64,000 nucleotides of DNA, from assembly GCA_964553405.1 (NCBI GenBank), contig CAZKLS010000002.1:3842-67841 (forward strand), read 5' to 3'. The notes under the pieces are model-generated. The model was not told the DNA's origin. It saw only the letters and a list, made by a program, of their open reading frames with translations, and did not search any database. How positions within the stretch are numbered: position 1 is the stretch's first letter; the number at the start of each line of letters is the position of its first letter. The stretch is from an uncultured Steroidobacteraceae bacterium. GTDB taxonomy: Bacteria; Pseudomonadota; Gammaproteobacteria; Steroidobacterales; Steroidobacteraceae. Below are positions 55,262 through 64,000 of this stretch, piece by piece. A program made the position numbers and the translations under genes.

Positions 55262-55825
55262 TCAGTCCCCCAACGTCTCGAGCGTGATGCTGGCATTCGT
55301 GTAGATGCAGATCTCGGCGGCGATGCCGAGCGCGCGCTCGACGACGCCACGGGCGTCGAGCGAGGTGTTCTGCAGCAGCGCGAGCGCCGCGGCCTGCGCG
55401 TAGGGTCCCCCGGAGCCGACGGCCATCAGGTCGTGCTGCGGCTCGATCACGTCGCCGTTGCCGGAGATCACCAGTGAGTGCGTCAGGTCCGCGACGCACA
55501 GCAGCGCCTCGAGGCGTCTCAGGCTGCGGTCCGTCCGCCAGTCCTTGGCCAGCTCGATCGCAGCGCGGGTCAGGTTGCCGAACTGCTGCAGTTTGCCCTC
55601 GAAGCGCTCGAACAGCGTGAACGCGTCGGCCGTGCCACCGGCGAAACCGGCCAGCACCCGGCCCTCGTGCAGCCTGCGCACCTTGCGCGCATTCGACTTC
55701 ATCACCGTGTTGCCGAGTGTCACCTGGCCGTCACCGCCCATCGCCACGCGCCCGTCGCGACGGACGCAGATCACGGTCGTGCCGTGCGGGTCGAAGCGCT
55801 CAGCTGGTCTGCTCATCGTGCTCAC
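55262..55825 (-). CDS. hslV: ATP-dependent protease subunit HslV (with short N-terminal propeptide before the catalytic Thr)
   Basis: ...[39 protein letters not shown]. The GTG start at 55825 overlaps the xerC stop (GTGA). Alternative ATG at 55816. Confidence 0.9.
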   Translation of the reverse strand: MSTMSRPAERFDPHGTTVICVRRDGRVAMGGDGQVTLGNTVMKSNARKVRRLHEGRVLAGFAGGTADAFTLFERFEGKLQQFGNLTRAAIELAKDWRTDRSLRRLEALLCVADLTHSLVISGNGDVIEPQHDLMAVGSGGPYAQAAALALLQNTSLDARGVVERALGIAAEICIYTNASITLETLGD

Positions 55826-56766
55826 GAATCCTCGCCGGTTCCGCCCGGCGCCGACGACCCGGCGCGGCCACGGCGCCGGGCCCTGGGGTGGGCCGCATCG
55901 TATATCCGGGCCAGATGCTGGAAATCAAGGTGCGTGTACACCTGTGTCGTGCTGATGTTGGCATGGCCGAGCAGTTCCTGCACCGCCCGCAGGTCGCCGC
56001 TGGACTCGAGCAGGTGGGAGGCGAACGAGTGCCGGAACATGTGGGGATGAACGTGCTCGGGCAGGCCGCGGAGCCTCGCCCAGCGCGCGATGCGTCGTTG
56101 CACGATCCGTGGCCCGAGCCGGCGGCCGCCGATGCCGACGAAGACCGCGCTCTCATCGGGTGCTGCGATCGCGCCGCGCTCTGCGAGCCAGGCACGCAGC
56201 GCCGCGACGGCATGGCGGCCCACCGGTACGATCCGGGTCTTGCGGCCCTTGCCGAGGACGCGGGCGGTGCGGTCGCGCAGGTCGAGATCCGCGAGGTCGA
56301 GGCCGAGCAGCTCGCCGAGCCGCAGGCCCGACGAATAGAACAACTCCATGATCGCCTTGTCGCGCACGCCGAGGCGATCGTCGGTGCGGAACTCCAGCAG
56401 GCGCGACATCACGTCCACGTCCAGCGTCGTGGGCAGCCGCTTGCGGGATCTCGGGGCCTGAACGTCGGCCGAGGGATCGCTCGCGAGCTCGCCTTCCCGC
56501 AGCAGGTGGCGGAACAGGCTCCTCGCCGCCGAGAGCCGTCGTTGCACGCTGCGTGGCGACAGTCCGCGGCGGTGGTTCCACGCCGCGAATGCCCGCAGGT
56601 GCTGGGCATCCAGCTGCCGCCAGCAGTCCACGCGCTGGGCCGCGCAGTACTCGAGCAGCGACCGCAGGTCGCGCCGGTAGGCGTCCGAGGTGTGCGCAGA
56701 GAGCCCGCGTTCGCTACCGAGGCTCTCGAGAAACCGCTCGACGCTCTGTTCGAGCGTCGGGCTCAT
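55822..56766 (-). CDS. xerC: Tyrosine recombinase XerC (chromosome dimer resolution)
   Basis: [16 protein letters not shown]..., [42 protein letters not shown]. Lies in dapF-DUF484-xerC synteny. Confidence 0.85.
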   Translation of the reverse strand: MSPTLEQSVERFLESLGSERGLSAHTSDAYRRDLRSLLEYCAAQRVDCWRQLDAQHLRAFAAWNHRRGLSPRSVQRRLSAARSLFRHLLREGELASDPSADVQAPRSRKRLPTTLDVDVMSRLLEFRTDDRLGVRDKAIMELFYSSGLRLGELLGLDLADLDLRDRTARVLGKGRKTRIVPVGRHAVAALRAWLAERGAIAAPDESAVFVGIGGRRLGPRIVQRRIARWARLRGLPEHVHPHMFRHSFASHLLESSGDLRAVQELLGHANISTTQVYTHLDFQHLARIYDAAHPRARRRGRAGSSAPGGTGEDS

Positions 56767-57476
56767 GCCGCCCTGGCGGCGATCGCCCCGGTCAGCAGTT
56801 CACCGATGCGCGTGAGGAAGTCGGTGCTCATCGTCGGCTTGTAGCGCTCGGCGTCCTGGCTGGCGATCGCCAGCAGGCCCAGCGAGGCACGATCACCCAG
56901 CGGGAGCAGGACCGTCGAGCCCACTTTCTCGCCGCCGGCCCCGAACAGGTAGTCGCGCTGATTCTCGCGGATGTGCCCGCTGCGCGGCCGTCCGGACTCG
57001 AAGAAGTTCGCGAACACCCGCAGCTCCGGCGCATCGCGGGCCACGACGCGCAACTGCGGGCAGTCGACGTTGGCAAGTTCCTGCAGCGACGGGTCGGTGA
57101 TCAGCAGCACCCAGTTCGAAGCCGCGAAGTCCTCGCGCAGCGAGGCGTCTATCGCCGAAAGTACCGCGCGCGTGTCCCGGCTGCCGAGCAGGCGCAGCGT
57201 CAGGCGGTGAACGCGGTCCACCACGGCCTGGTTGGCACGGGCGTTCTCGATCAGTTCCCGCAGCTTGCCCTCCAGTGCCGCGTGCTTCTCCCGCAGCACC
57301 TGCAGCTGCCGCTCGTGCAGCGAAATCGCCGCGCTGCTGCGATGGTGGGGCAGCTTCAGCCGGGCCAGAAGGTTGCCGTGCCGCTCGAAGAAATCGGGAT
57401 TGGCCAGCAGGTAGTCCGCCACGGCCTCCTCGGGAAGGGCGTCGGTCTGCGAATCGCGGATCGGTTGCTCGTTCAT
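56763..57476 (-). CDS. DUF484-family protein
   Basis: EEAVADYLLANPDFFERHGNLLARLKLPH. Canonical position between dapF and xerC. Confidence 0.8.
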   Translation of the reverse strand: MNEQPIRDSQTDALPEEAVADYLLANPDFFERHGNLLARLKLPHHRSSAAISLHERQLQVLREKHAALEGKLRELIENARANQAVVDRVHRLTLRLLGSRDTRAVLSAIDASLREDFAASNWVLLITDPSLQELANVDCPQLRVVARDAPELRVFANFFESGRPRSGHIRENQRDYLFGAGGEKVGSTVLLPLGDRASLGLLAIASQDAERYKPTMSTDFLTRIGELLTGAIAARAA

Positions 57477-58330
57477 GGTTCTCCTTGCGGCGGACTGTCC
57501 GCGAACTCTGCACGGCCTTCGAAGACGGTCTCTGCCGGACCGGTGAGCCAGATCTGCTGGCCCGGCCCCGGCCAGCGCACCATCAGCCGCCCGCCAGGCA
57601 GCTCGACGGTCACTTCCTCCGACAGCGGCCCGTGTCGTCGACCGACCGCGACGGCTGCGCAGGCGCCCGTCCCGCAGGCCAGCGTCTCTCCGGCGCCGCG
57701 CTCGAAGACCCGGAGCCGGACGCGATCAGGCGCGACGATCTCGAGAAATCCCACGTTGACCCGCCGCGGGAACCTCGGGTGATTCTCCAATGCAGGTCCG
57801 ATGGTGTCCACCGGCGCGTCGCGCACCGATGGCACCCGGATCACCGCATGCGGATTGCCGATCGAGACCGCACCGAATTCGACGCGTCCGGCCGGGAGCT
57901 CGATCTCGTACGACGCTGCTTCCGCTGCCGCCTCGAACGGCAACGCGCGCGGATCGAAGTCCGGCACGCCCATGCCGACCGAGACCAGGCCGTCCGGTCG
58001 CAGCCGCGCATTGACCAGTCCGCCCGGACTCTCGAGCAGCAGGGGTTGGTCGAGCCGGTGCAGGCGGCTCGCGACCAGGCGGGCGACGCAGCGCGCGCCG
58101 TTGCCGCACTGCTCCACCTCGGAGCCGTCCGCGTTGAAGATTCGATAGGACGCGTCCGCGTCGCTGCGGCGGGGCGGCAGCACCACCAGGGCCTGGTCGA
58201 AGCCGATACCGGTGCGTCTTGCGGCGAGACGGCGGATCTGCTCCGCCGAAGGCAGCTGTGCCGCCGAATCGGCCTCGAAGACGATGAAGTCGTTGCCGAG
58301 GCCGTGCATCTTCGTGAAGGGGAGCTGCAT
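57473..58330 (-). CDS. dapF: Diaminopimelate epimerase
   Basis: MQLPFTKMHGLGNDFIVFE...NADGSEVEQCGNGARC...ACGTGACA (both catalytic Cys motifs). Confidence 0.9.
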   Translation of the reverse strand: MQLPFTKMHGLGNDFIVFEADSAAQLPSAEQIRRLAARRTGIGFDQALVVLPPRRSDADASYRIFNADGSEVEQCGNGARCVARLVASRLHRLDQPLLLESPGGLVNARLRPDGLVSVGMGVPDFDPRALPFEAAAEAASYEIELPAGRVEFGAVSIGNPHAVIRVPSVRDAPVDTIGPALENHPRFPRRVNVGFLEIVAPDRVRLRVFERGAGETLACGTGACAAVAVGRRHGPLSEEVTVELPGGRLMVRWPGPGQQIWLTGPAETVFEGRAEFADSPPQGEP

Positions 58331-58380
58331 CGTTGCAGCATAGCCCAGGCGACGGTGCGGCTGCATTGCGTCCCGGACGC

Positions 58381-59343
58381 TCACCCGGGTCCGCTGCGGT
58401 GCTGCCCGGCAGCTTCCGCTGCGCGGCCGTCGCCGGCTTCCGCGAGGCTGGCACGGATGCCGGACTCGAAGCGCGGGTGCAGCAACCCGAGGCCCAGTTC
58501 GCCGGTCATCCGGCGACTCTCGACGACCCGCGACTCGGCGAGGAATGCGAGCATCCCCGGGCTGATGGACTCCCGCGCCGCGTCCAACCCCACCAGCCGT
58601 GGCGGCGGCAGACCGGCCTGCCGCGCGAGCTCCTGCATGAATTCCGTGGTGCTGCGATGGTCGCCGTCGCAGACGTTGACGACACCATCGACGGGCCCTT
58701 CCAGCACGGCCTCGCAGGCTGCGACCAGGTCGTCGACGTGGATGCGGTTGCCCGGCCCGGCATCTTCCGGCCGCAGCAGCGGCTCGCCGCGCAGCAGCCG
58801 CTGCAGAGGCAGGCGCTGCGGCCCATAGATACCCGGCACCCGCAGCAGCGCCGGGCGGCTGCCACGCTCGGTGCACCACGCCTGTACGCAGCGCTCCGCC
58901 GCGAGGCGACGACGGCTCCTGTCGTTGCCGGGCTCAGGCACGGTCGCTTCGTCCACCCGGCCGCCCCGGCGGTCCCCGTAGACACCGGTAGTGCTCATGT
59001 ACAGCACGCAGCGCGGGCGCCAGCCGTCGTCGAGCGCGGAGAGGAACCGGGCGAGACGCGGGTCGTCCTCGCCCCGGCCGGGCGGCGGCGCCAGGTAGAC
59101 GATGTCGGCACCGGCCGCGCGCTCGAGCGATCCGCCGGCGAGAACGCTGTCGAGGTCGATCCGCAGCACATTCACGCCGCGGGTCTCCAGCAGGTCCGCA
59201 CGCGGTCCGGCGCGCAGCAGCGCCAGCACGCTGCGCCGGCCAATAAGCCTGCCGGCCAGGCGCGAGCCGACGTAACCACAGCCCACCACGAGGCAGGGGC
59301 GGGCCCGGCCGTTCCCGGCGCACGATGCAGGCGTCGGAGTCAC
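58381..59343 (-). CDS. NAD-dependent epimerase/dehydratase-family (extended SDR) protein
   Basis: LVVGCGYVGSRLAG Rossmann motif. The GTG start at 59343 is preferred because ATG 59406 would overlap the divergent gene. Confidence 0.65.
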   Translation of the reverse strand: MTPTPASCAGNGRARPCLVVGCGYVGSRLAGRLIGRRSVLALLRAGPRADLLETRGVNVLRIDLDSVLAGGSLERAAGADIVYLAPPPGRGEDDPRLARFLSALDDGWRPRCVLYMSTTGVYGDRRGGRVDEATVPEPGNDRSRRRLAAERCVQAWCTERGSRPALLRVPGIYGPQRLPLQRLLRGEPLLRPEDAGPGNRIHVDDLVAACEAVLEGPVDGVVNVCDGDHRSTTEFMQELARQAGLPPPRLVGLDAARESISPGMLAFLAESRVVESRRMTGELGLGLLHPRFESGIRASLAEAGDGRAAEAAGQHRSGPG

Positions 59344-59399
59344 GATCCAAGGATACGTCAAAGGTCCGGCAGGAGCCCCGGTCGTGGCATTCTCTGGCC

Positions 59400-60446
59400 A
59401 TGCCACAGATCACGTTGATCCCGACCGGTCAGACGTTCACCGCGGACCCGGCCGAGCCCGTGCTCGCCGCGGCGCTCAGGGCCGGTCTCAATCTCCCGCA
59501 CAGCTGCAAGGGCGGGCACTGCGGGTCCTGCATCGCGCGCGTGCTCTCCGGGTCGTTCGCTTACCCGGCCGCCCGGCCGCCCGGGCTGACCGAGGCGGAG
59601 GCCCGTGACGGATACGTGCTGCTCTGCCAGGCGCGGGCGACCAGCGACCTGCGCATCGAGACCCGCGAGGTCCGCCCGGCACCGGACGTGCAGGTCAAGA
59701 GCCTGCCGTGCCGGATCGAGCGACTCGAGCGGAAGACCGATGACGTGATGGCCGTCTTTCTCAGGCTGCCGGCGGTCGAGTGCATGCACTTCCGCGCGGG
59801 GCAATATCTGGACGTGATGCTGTCCGAGGGCCGTCGTCGCAGCTTCTCGATCGCCGGCTCCGACGCGGACGACAGGCTGCTCGAACTCCACGTGCGCCGG
59901 GCCTCGGGCAGCGGTTTCACCGCTCAGCTGTTCGGCAGCATCAGGGAGGGTGCGCTGCTGAGGATCGAGGGGCCGCTGGGGCAGTTCTGGTTCCGTGGCG
60001 AGTCGCCGCGGCCCGCGCTGATGATCGGTGGCGGGACCGGCTATGCCCCGCTGCGTGCGATGTTGCGCGAGCTGCTAGCCGCCGGCGACCGGCGTCCGAT
60101 CACGCTCTACTGGGGGGCGCGGGCACGGGAGGATCTCTACGAGCACGACTGGCTCAGTGATCTCGAGGCGAGCCGGCCCGGTTTCCACTACCGCCCGGTG
60201 CTGTCGGGTGACCCGTCGCGCGTTGGCGCGTGGACCGGGCGCCGGGGCCTGGTGCACGAGGCCGTGCTCGCGGACTCGCCAGCCCTTGCGGCCTTCGACG
60301 TCTACGCGAGCGGGCCACCGGCGATGATCGAGGCCATCAGGAGCACGTTTCCGGGCCGCGGCCTGCCACGCGAGCAGCTCTTCTTCGATTCGTTCGACTA
60401 TGCGCCGGACACGCTCGCGAAAATCGAGCGGGCCAGCCGCGGCTGA
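59400..60446 (+). CDS. 2Fe-2S ferredoxin / FAD-NAD(P) oxidoreductase fusion (CDP-6-deoxy-delta-3,4-glucoseen reductase-like)
   Basis: LPHSCKGGHCGSCIARV...LLCQA (plant-type 2Fe-2S), RAGQYLDV, RRSFSIA (FAD), MIGGGTGYAPLRAM (NAD). Confidence 0.8.
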   Translation: MPQITLIPTGQTFTADPAEPVLAAALRAGLNLPHSCKGGHCGSCIARVLSGSFAYPAARPPGLTEAEARDGYVLLCQARATSDLRIETREVRPAPDVQVKSLPCRIERLERKTDDVMAVFLRLPAVECMHFRAGQYLDVMLSEGRRRSFSIAGSDADDRLLELHVRRASGSGFTAQLFGSIREGALLRIEGPLGQFWFRGESPRPALMIGGGTGYAPLRAMLRELLAAGDRRPITLYWGARAREDLYEHDWLSDLEASRPGFHYRPVLSGDPSRVGAWTGRRGLVHEAVLADSPALAAFDVYASGPPAMIEAIRSTFPGRGLPREQLFFDSFDYAPDTLAKIERASRG

Positions 60447-60455
60447 CCGGTCGGC

Positions 60456-61664
60456 TCAGCGTCGGGGCAGCCGCAGTCGCGGCACGTGCAAGCGCCGCCC
60501 GACGGCGCGGGTCGCGTAATCGCGCAACACGGCCATCGCGCGTTCGGGCTCGCCCATCTGGCCGAAGAGTTCCGAGAGCAGCAGGCTGCTCTCGGCGCTG
60601 GGCCTGATCGCGTTGCTCGCCTCGAGGTAGGCGATGGCCTTGCCGAACAGCTCGGCGCGCAGGCAGAGTCTTGCGCAGCTCGAAAGCAGCTCGGGATCCT
60701 TCGGGCTGCGCGCCAGCCAGCCCTCGGCCTGCTCGATCGGCAGCAGCGGATTGGCGAGCTGCAGGTCGCCGTAGGCGCGAACGGCGGCGACGTCCGCATC
60801 CTCTTCGATCAACTCGCGCAGCACTTTCTCTGCCCCCTGGTGATCGCCGCAGGCCATCGCTGCCCGGGCGTACTGCAGACGCGCCTGAGGCAGCTTGCGC
60901 AAGGACCTCGGCAGTCCCGACCAGGCCTTCTCGAGGGCGCCCGGGTCGCGGGCCTCGCCGGCGCTCCGCAGTGCCTCGAGCTGTGCCTGTGCGAGCAGGT
61001 CGTCGAGTCTCTCCTGCGGCAGTTCCCGGGCGTCCCGCAGGCGCGGCAGCAGCGAGTGCAACTCGGCTCCGCGACCGAGCTTCTGGTAGAGGCGCGCGAG
61101 CAGCTCCAGCCCGCGCGAGTTGAGATCTCCGGAGGCATCGAGCTGCTCCAGAGTGCGCAGTGCGGCCGCATCCTGGCCACGGCGCATCTGCATCTCGGCG
61201 AGCGTGACCAGTGGGGCCGCACGCTGCTCCGGCGCGTATTCCTGCGCCCGGGTCAGCCACTGGTCGCGCCGTTCCGGAGCATCCAGCAGGTCGGCGGCGC
61301 GCGCAGCGAGCAGGAAGTTCGCGGCGGGCGATTCCGATTCCTCGGCGGAGCGGACCAGCAGGTCCTCCGCGCGCTTCCAGTTTCCGGCCGCGAGCTCGAC
61401 GATGCCGAGTTGCGCATCCCGGCGCGCATGGCGCCGCCGGCGCTCGGTCCCGAGTCGCGCGATGCGGCGGCGCATCGTCACCGCGCGAAGCAGCAGTCCC
61501 AGCAGGGCCAGTCCGCCGAACAGCAGCAGCAGCGCGACCGGCACGGTCGTCTCGAACAGCGTGCGGCCGATGCGTACCGAGACATACCCGGGATCGGTCA
61601 GCAGCAGGTGGGCCAGCAGGCCGCCGGCGAGCAGCACGAGCGCGACCGTCACGGCCCCCTTCAT
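60456..61664 (-). CDS. hemY: HemY-like TPR membrane protein
   Basis: Two N-terminal TM helices, a basic stretch RRRIARLGTERRRRHARRD, and TPR-like repeats. Position after hemX. Confidence 0.8.
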   Translation of the reverse strand: MKGAVTVALVLLAGGLLAHLLLTDPGYVSVRIGRTLFETTVPVALLLLFGGLALLGLLLRAVTMRRRIARLGTERRRRHARRDAQLGIVELAAGNWKRAEDLLVRSAEESESPAANFLLAARAADLLDAPERRDQWLTRAQEYAPEQRAAPLVTLAEMQMRRGQDAAALRTLEQLDASGDLNSRGLELLARLYQKLGRGAELHSLLPRLRDARELPQERLDDLLAQAQLEALRSAGEARDPGALEKAWSGLPRSLRKLPQARLQYARAAMACGDHQGAEKVLRELIEEDADVAAVRAYGDLQLANPLLPIEQAEGWLARSPKDPELLSSCARLCLRAELFGKAIAYLEASNAIRPSAESSLLLSELFGQMGEPERAMAVLRDYATRAVGRRLHVPRLRLPRR

Positions 61665-62716
61665 CGCGCGTCCTGGTCGTCGCCGCCGGCGTTGTTACCC
61701 ATCCGCCCGAGCAGTCGCGCCGCTGCGCCGATTTCCGGATACTCGGGGTCGATGTCGATGCCTGCGAGTTCCTCGAGCTCGGCCTGGGCCGCGGTGACCT
61801 CCTCTGCGCTCGCGTCGAAGTACTGCGCGAGCCACGCGTCCGCGGCGTGGAGCGTATCCGCGTAGACCGCCCGGTCCTGCTGCATCGCCGCGACACGCGC
61901 CGCGAACAGCAGCAGCTGGAGGTGCTGTCGCCGCAGCGCCTCTTCCTCCAGCGTCACCAGCCGGGCCGTGTCGGGATCCACGCGGCGCAGCGAGAGCATG
62001 TCCCGGCTCGCCTGGCGGACCCGGTACCAGGCCCGTTCGACCGGCGAGCGGGGCTCGGCTTCGACCGGCTCGATCCGACCCGCGGTCGCGATCGGAACGC
62101 CCAGCACCGGAAAGCCGGTCGCGGTGCGCTCGAGCGCGGCGAGGCGTGCGTAGACCGAGGCCAGGTCCGGCTGGGGGACGGCCCTGAGCGCGGCGAGCTC
62201 CCGCCCGAGCTGAGTGCGCACGGCCTCGACGGCCGGGTCTCGAACGGTTGCCAGCCGTGCGTCAGCGGCTTCCATCGCTGCGATCGCGGTGGCCGTATCG
62301 CGCTCGAGCTTGAGCCGTCGCTCGGCCAGCTCGAGCAGGTAGAGTGCCTCGGCGCGTACCCACACGCGCTGCGGTGCCTCGGTGCGCGCCCGCAGTTCCT
62401 CGACACTCCGGCCGAGCTCCGCGATCCGCAGCGGCGTTTCGGACAGTCCCTCGACGTGCCGGCGCAGCCGGGCCGTGTCCGCCGAGGACTGGATGCTCGC
62501 CGCCTCCAGCCGGTCGGAAAGCTGCTGTTGCCCTTCGCGCAGTTCCACCAGCCGGTCACGCAGGCGCTCGATGCGGCCGTCGAGCTGACCGAAACGCAAC
62601 TGGGCATGCACGGCGAGCAGCAGCGCCAGCACGGTCAGCACGATCAGCACCGGGCTCACGCCCGCTGAGCGGCGCAGACGGCTTTCTGTCTTGAGTGATT
62701 CGATTTCTGCGGACAT
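61661..62716 (-). CDS. hemX: HemX-like membrane protein
   Basis: MSAEIESLK..., a single TM VSPVLIVLTVLALLLAV, and a coiled-coil periplasmic region. Position between hemD and hemY. Confidence 0.7.
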   Translation of the reverse strand: MSAEIESLKTESRLRRSAGVSPVLIVLTVLALLLAVHAQLRFGQLDGRIERLRDRLVELREGQQQLSDRLEAASIQSSADTARLRRHVEGLSETPLRIAELGRSVEELRARTEAPQRVWVRAEALYLLELAERRLKLERDTATAIAAMEAADARLATVRDPAVEAVRTQLGRELAALRAVPQPDLASVYARLAALERTATGFPVLGVPIATAGRIEPVEAEPRSPVERAWYRVRQASRDMLSLRRVDPDTARLVTLEEEALRRQHLQLLLFAARVAAMQQDRAVYADTLHAADAWLAQYFDASAEEVTAAQAELEELAGIDIDPEYPEIGAAARLLGRMGNNAGGDDQDAR

Positions 62717-62759
62717 CGGGGCGTGTGAGACGAAGGCACTGACCGCCGTCGGGATCGTA

Positions 62760-63536
62760 TCATGCAGGTCCCGATCCCTCGCCATGCGACGCGGCCTGCT
62801 CCAGGGCCTGCAGCATGGCCGAGTCCTCGGCGCTGGTCGCCTGCAACAGCGGTCCGCGCCAGCCGAGTTGCGCCGCCGCCGATGCGACACGTTCACCGGG
62901 CACCAGCAGCGTCGTCCGCCGCAGTGGACCGGCAATCGCTTCGGGCAGCTGCGCGAGCAGGCCCTCGAGGATCTCGACGCTGGTGACCGCGGTCACGATG
63001 CGCCGCCCGGCTGCGAGAGCCTGCGCGATCAGATCGTGCGCGCGCGGGTCGGCCGCTGCGCGGCCGCGCCGGTAGACCTCGGCCACCCGGAGCTCGGCGC
63101 CGCGCCGCTCGAGTTCCTCCCGCAGCAGTTCACGGCCACCCTGCCCGCGAACGATCAATATCCTGCGGCGGAGCGGCGCGGCGAACACCGGCAGCGCGAG
63201 CAGCCCCTCGGAGTCGAACCGCTCCCGCGGCAGTGCGTCCACCGTGATACCGCGCTCGGCGAGTGCCCGGGCCGTGGCGCGTCCGACGGCCGCGATCCGG
63301 CACTTTGGGCTGCCCGGCAGCGGACCCGGGCAGTGCCCGACCGCATTGGCGCTGGTGAAGATCAGCCAGTCCCAGTCGGCTCGTACCTCGGCGGGATTCA
63401 GCGGCAGCGGCTCGATGATGAGCGCCGGGACCGAGATCGGCTCGGCGCCGGCCGCCCGCAGCGAGGCCACGAAGGGGCCGGATTGTCCGGCCGGGCGGGT
63501 GACCACCACCGTGATTCCCGCCAGCGACGCTTTCAC
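62760..63536 (-). CDS. hemD: Uroporphyrinogen-III synthase
   Basis: GITVVVTRPAGQSGPFVASLRAAGAEPISVPALIIEP...FTSANAV. 4-nt overlap with the hemC stop. Confidence 0.8.
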   Translation of the reverse strand: MKASLAGITVVVTRPAGQSGPFVASLRAAGAEPISVPALIIEPLPLNPAEVRADWDWLIFTSANAVGHCPGPLPGSPKCRIAAVGRATARALAERGITVDALPRERFDSEGLLALPVFAAPLRRRILIVRGQGGRELLREELERRGAELRVAEVYRRGRAAADPRAHDLIAQALAAGRRIVTAVTSVEILEGLLAQLPEAIAGPLRRTTLLVPGERVASAAAQLGWRGPLLQATSAEDSAMLQALEQAASHGEGSGPA

Positions 63537-64000
63537 GGGCCGGCGTCAGCGTCCGCGGCCAGCCGCTCGAGAAGTGCGCCACCGCCCGCGGCCTGCATGC
63601 GCGCCGCCAGCAGTTCACCGAGCGCCTCCGCATCGCCCTGCGGCCCGGCGATCCGGTCGCGGTAGGTTTCGCTGCCGTCCGGCGAGCCGATGAAGCCGTG
63701 CAGCGTGAGCTGCTGGTGATCGAGCGTCGCATGGGCGGCGATCGGCGAGTGACAGCTGCCGCCGAGCCGGCGCGCAAACGCCCGCTCGGCCTCCAGCCTG
63801 AGCGAGGAGTCGCCGTGGTGCAGGGGCTGCAGCAGCTCGGCGCTGCGCGCATCGTCCTCGCGACACTCGATGCCGATCACGCCCTGGCCGACGGCAGGCA
63901 CGCAGACGCCGATGTCCAGCACCTCGGTGATTCGCTCACCGAGGCCGAGCCGCTCGAGTCCGGCACAGGCGAGCAGGATCGCGTCGAGCCCGTCCTCCTC
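63533..64000 (-). CDS. hemC: Hydroxymethylbilane synthase (porphobilinogen deaminase), C-terminal part; 5' end lies beyond the window
   Basis: ...DAILLACAGLERLGLGERITEVLD...PAVGQGVIGIECRE...ERAFARRLGGSCHSPIAAHA. The frame is open to nt 64000. Confidence 0.85.
   Translation of the reverse strand, partial: EEDGLDAILLACAGLERLGLGERITEVLDIGVCVPAVGQGVIGIECREDDARSAELLQPLHHGDSSLRLEAERAFARRLGGSCHSPIAAHATLDHQQLTLHGFIGSPDGSETYRDRIAGPQGDAEALGELLAARMQAAGGGALLERLAADADAGP

Noticed and set aside
55262-55825. HslV N-terminal extension before the catalytic Thr as an anomaly
   Set aside because: Short propeptides before the TT(I/V) start are, as far as I recall, common in non-enteric proteobacterial HslV annotations. 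I do not consider it unusual.
55822-56766. Tyrosine recombinase as a possible integrase marking a mobile element
   Set aside because: It sits in the conserved chromosomal dapF-DUF484-xerC-hslVU arrangement and has XerC-type motifs. There is no att-like repeat, tRNA, or cargo of phage or plasmid genes nearby.
1-64000. Search for CRISPR arrays, tRNA/rRNA genes, IS elements, toxin-antitoxin or known defence-system genes
   Set aside because: None was recognised by eye. Intergenic gaps are short (the largest is about 420 bp) and contain no spaced direct repeats or cloverleaf-like sequences. tRNAscan/Infernal, CRISPR finders and DefenseFinder/PADLOC would be the decisive checks.

Overview
This is a very GC-rich (high-60s % by eye, not computed), gene-dense chromosomal segment with about 60 protein-coding genes. 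I saw no rRNA, tRNA, CRISPR array, transposase or prophage signature. Gene order points to a Gammaproteobacterium, possibly Xanthomonadales/Nevskiales-like: hemC-hemD-hemX-hemY, dapF-DUF484-xerC-hslV-hslU-DUF971, and ubiE-ubiJ-ubiB.

Most of the window is housekeeping or ordinary accessory content:
- class II B12-dependent ribonucleotide reductase, Fe-SOD, malate dehydrogenase, FadE, PurT, Dps, DinB
- a TetR-controlled RND efflux operon
- a Kef-type K+/H+ antiporter
- a four-gene Mla/MCE-like lipid-transport operon
- GspA/GspB, and several c-di-GMP signalling proteins

I did not find a clear-cut, self-evident new multi-gene system such as a defence island. The items most worth follow-up are:
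1. A single-polypeptide FakA-like DAK2 kinase fused to a full DegV/FakB domain. It is translationally coupled to a trans-sulfuration PLP enzyme and sits directly behind gspA-gspB.
2. A receiver-domain / TM / TPR-like / Pro-rich / TonB-C chimera with no exbBD nearby.
3. A REC-coiled-coil-PAS-GAF-HD-GYP protein whose HD dyad reads ID. It is tightly clustered with a beta-CASP RNase and a TLC/MFS-like transporter.
4. A CarH-like MerR-B12 regulator with an E-R variant of the Wx9EH cap. Next to it lie an orphan plus-strand promoter and intrinsic terminator (candidate ~50-nt sRNA) and a 235-bp convergent gene overlap.
5. An unlisted 51-codon membrane ORF with an extended -10 promoter and operator-like dyad upstream of a YtrA-type GntR regulator.

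Many long ORFs in the six-frame track are GC-driven shadow ORFs and were rejected. All family assignments come from reading the translations, not from searches.
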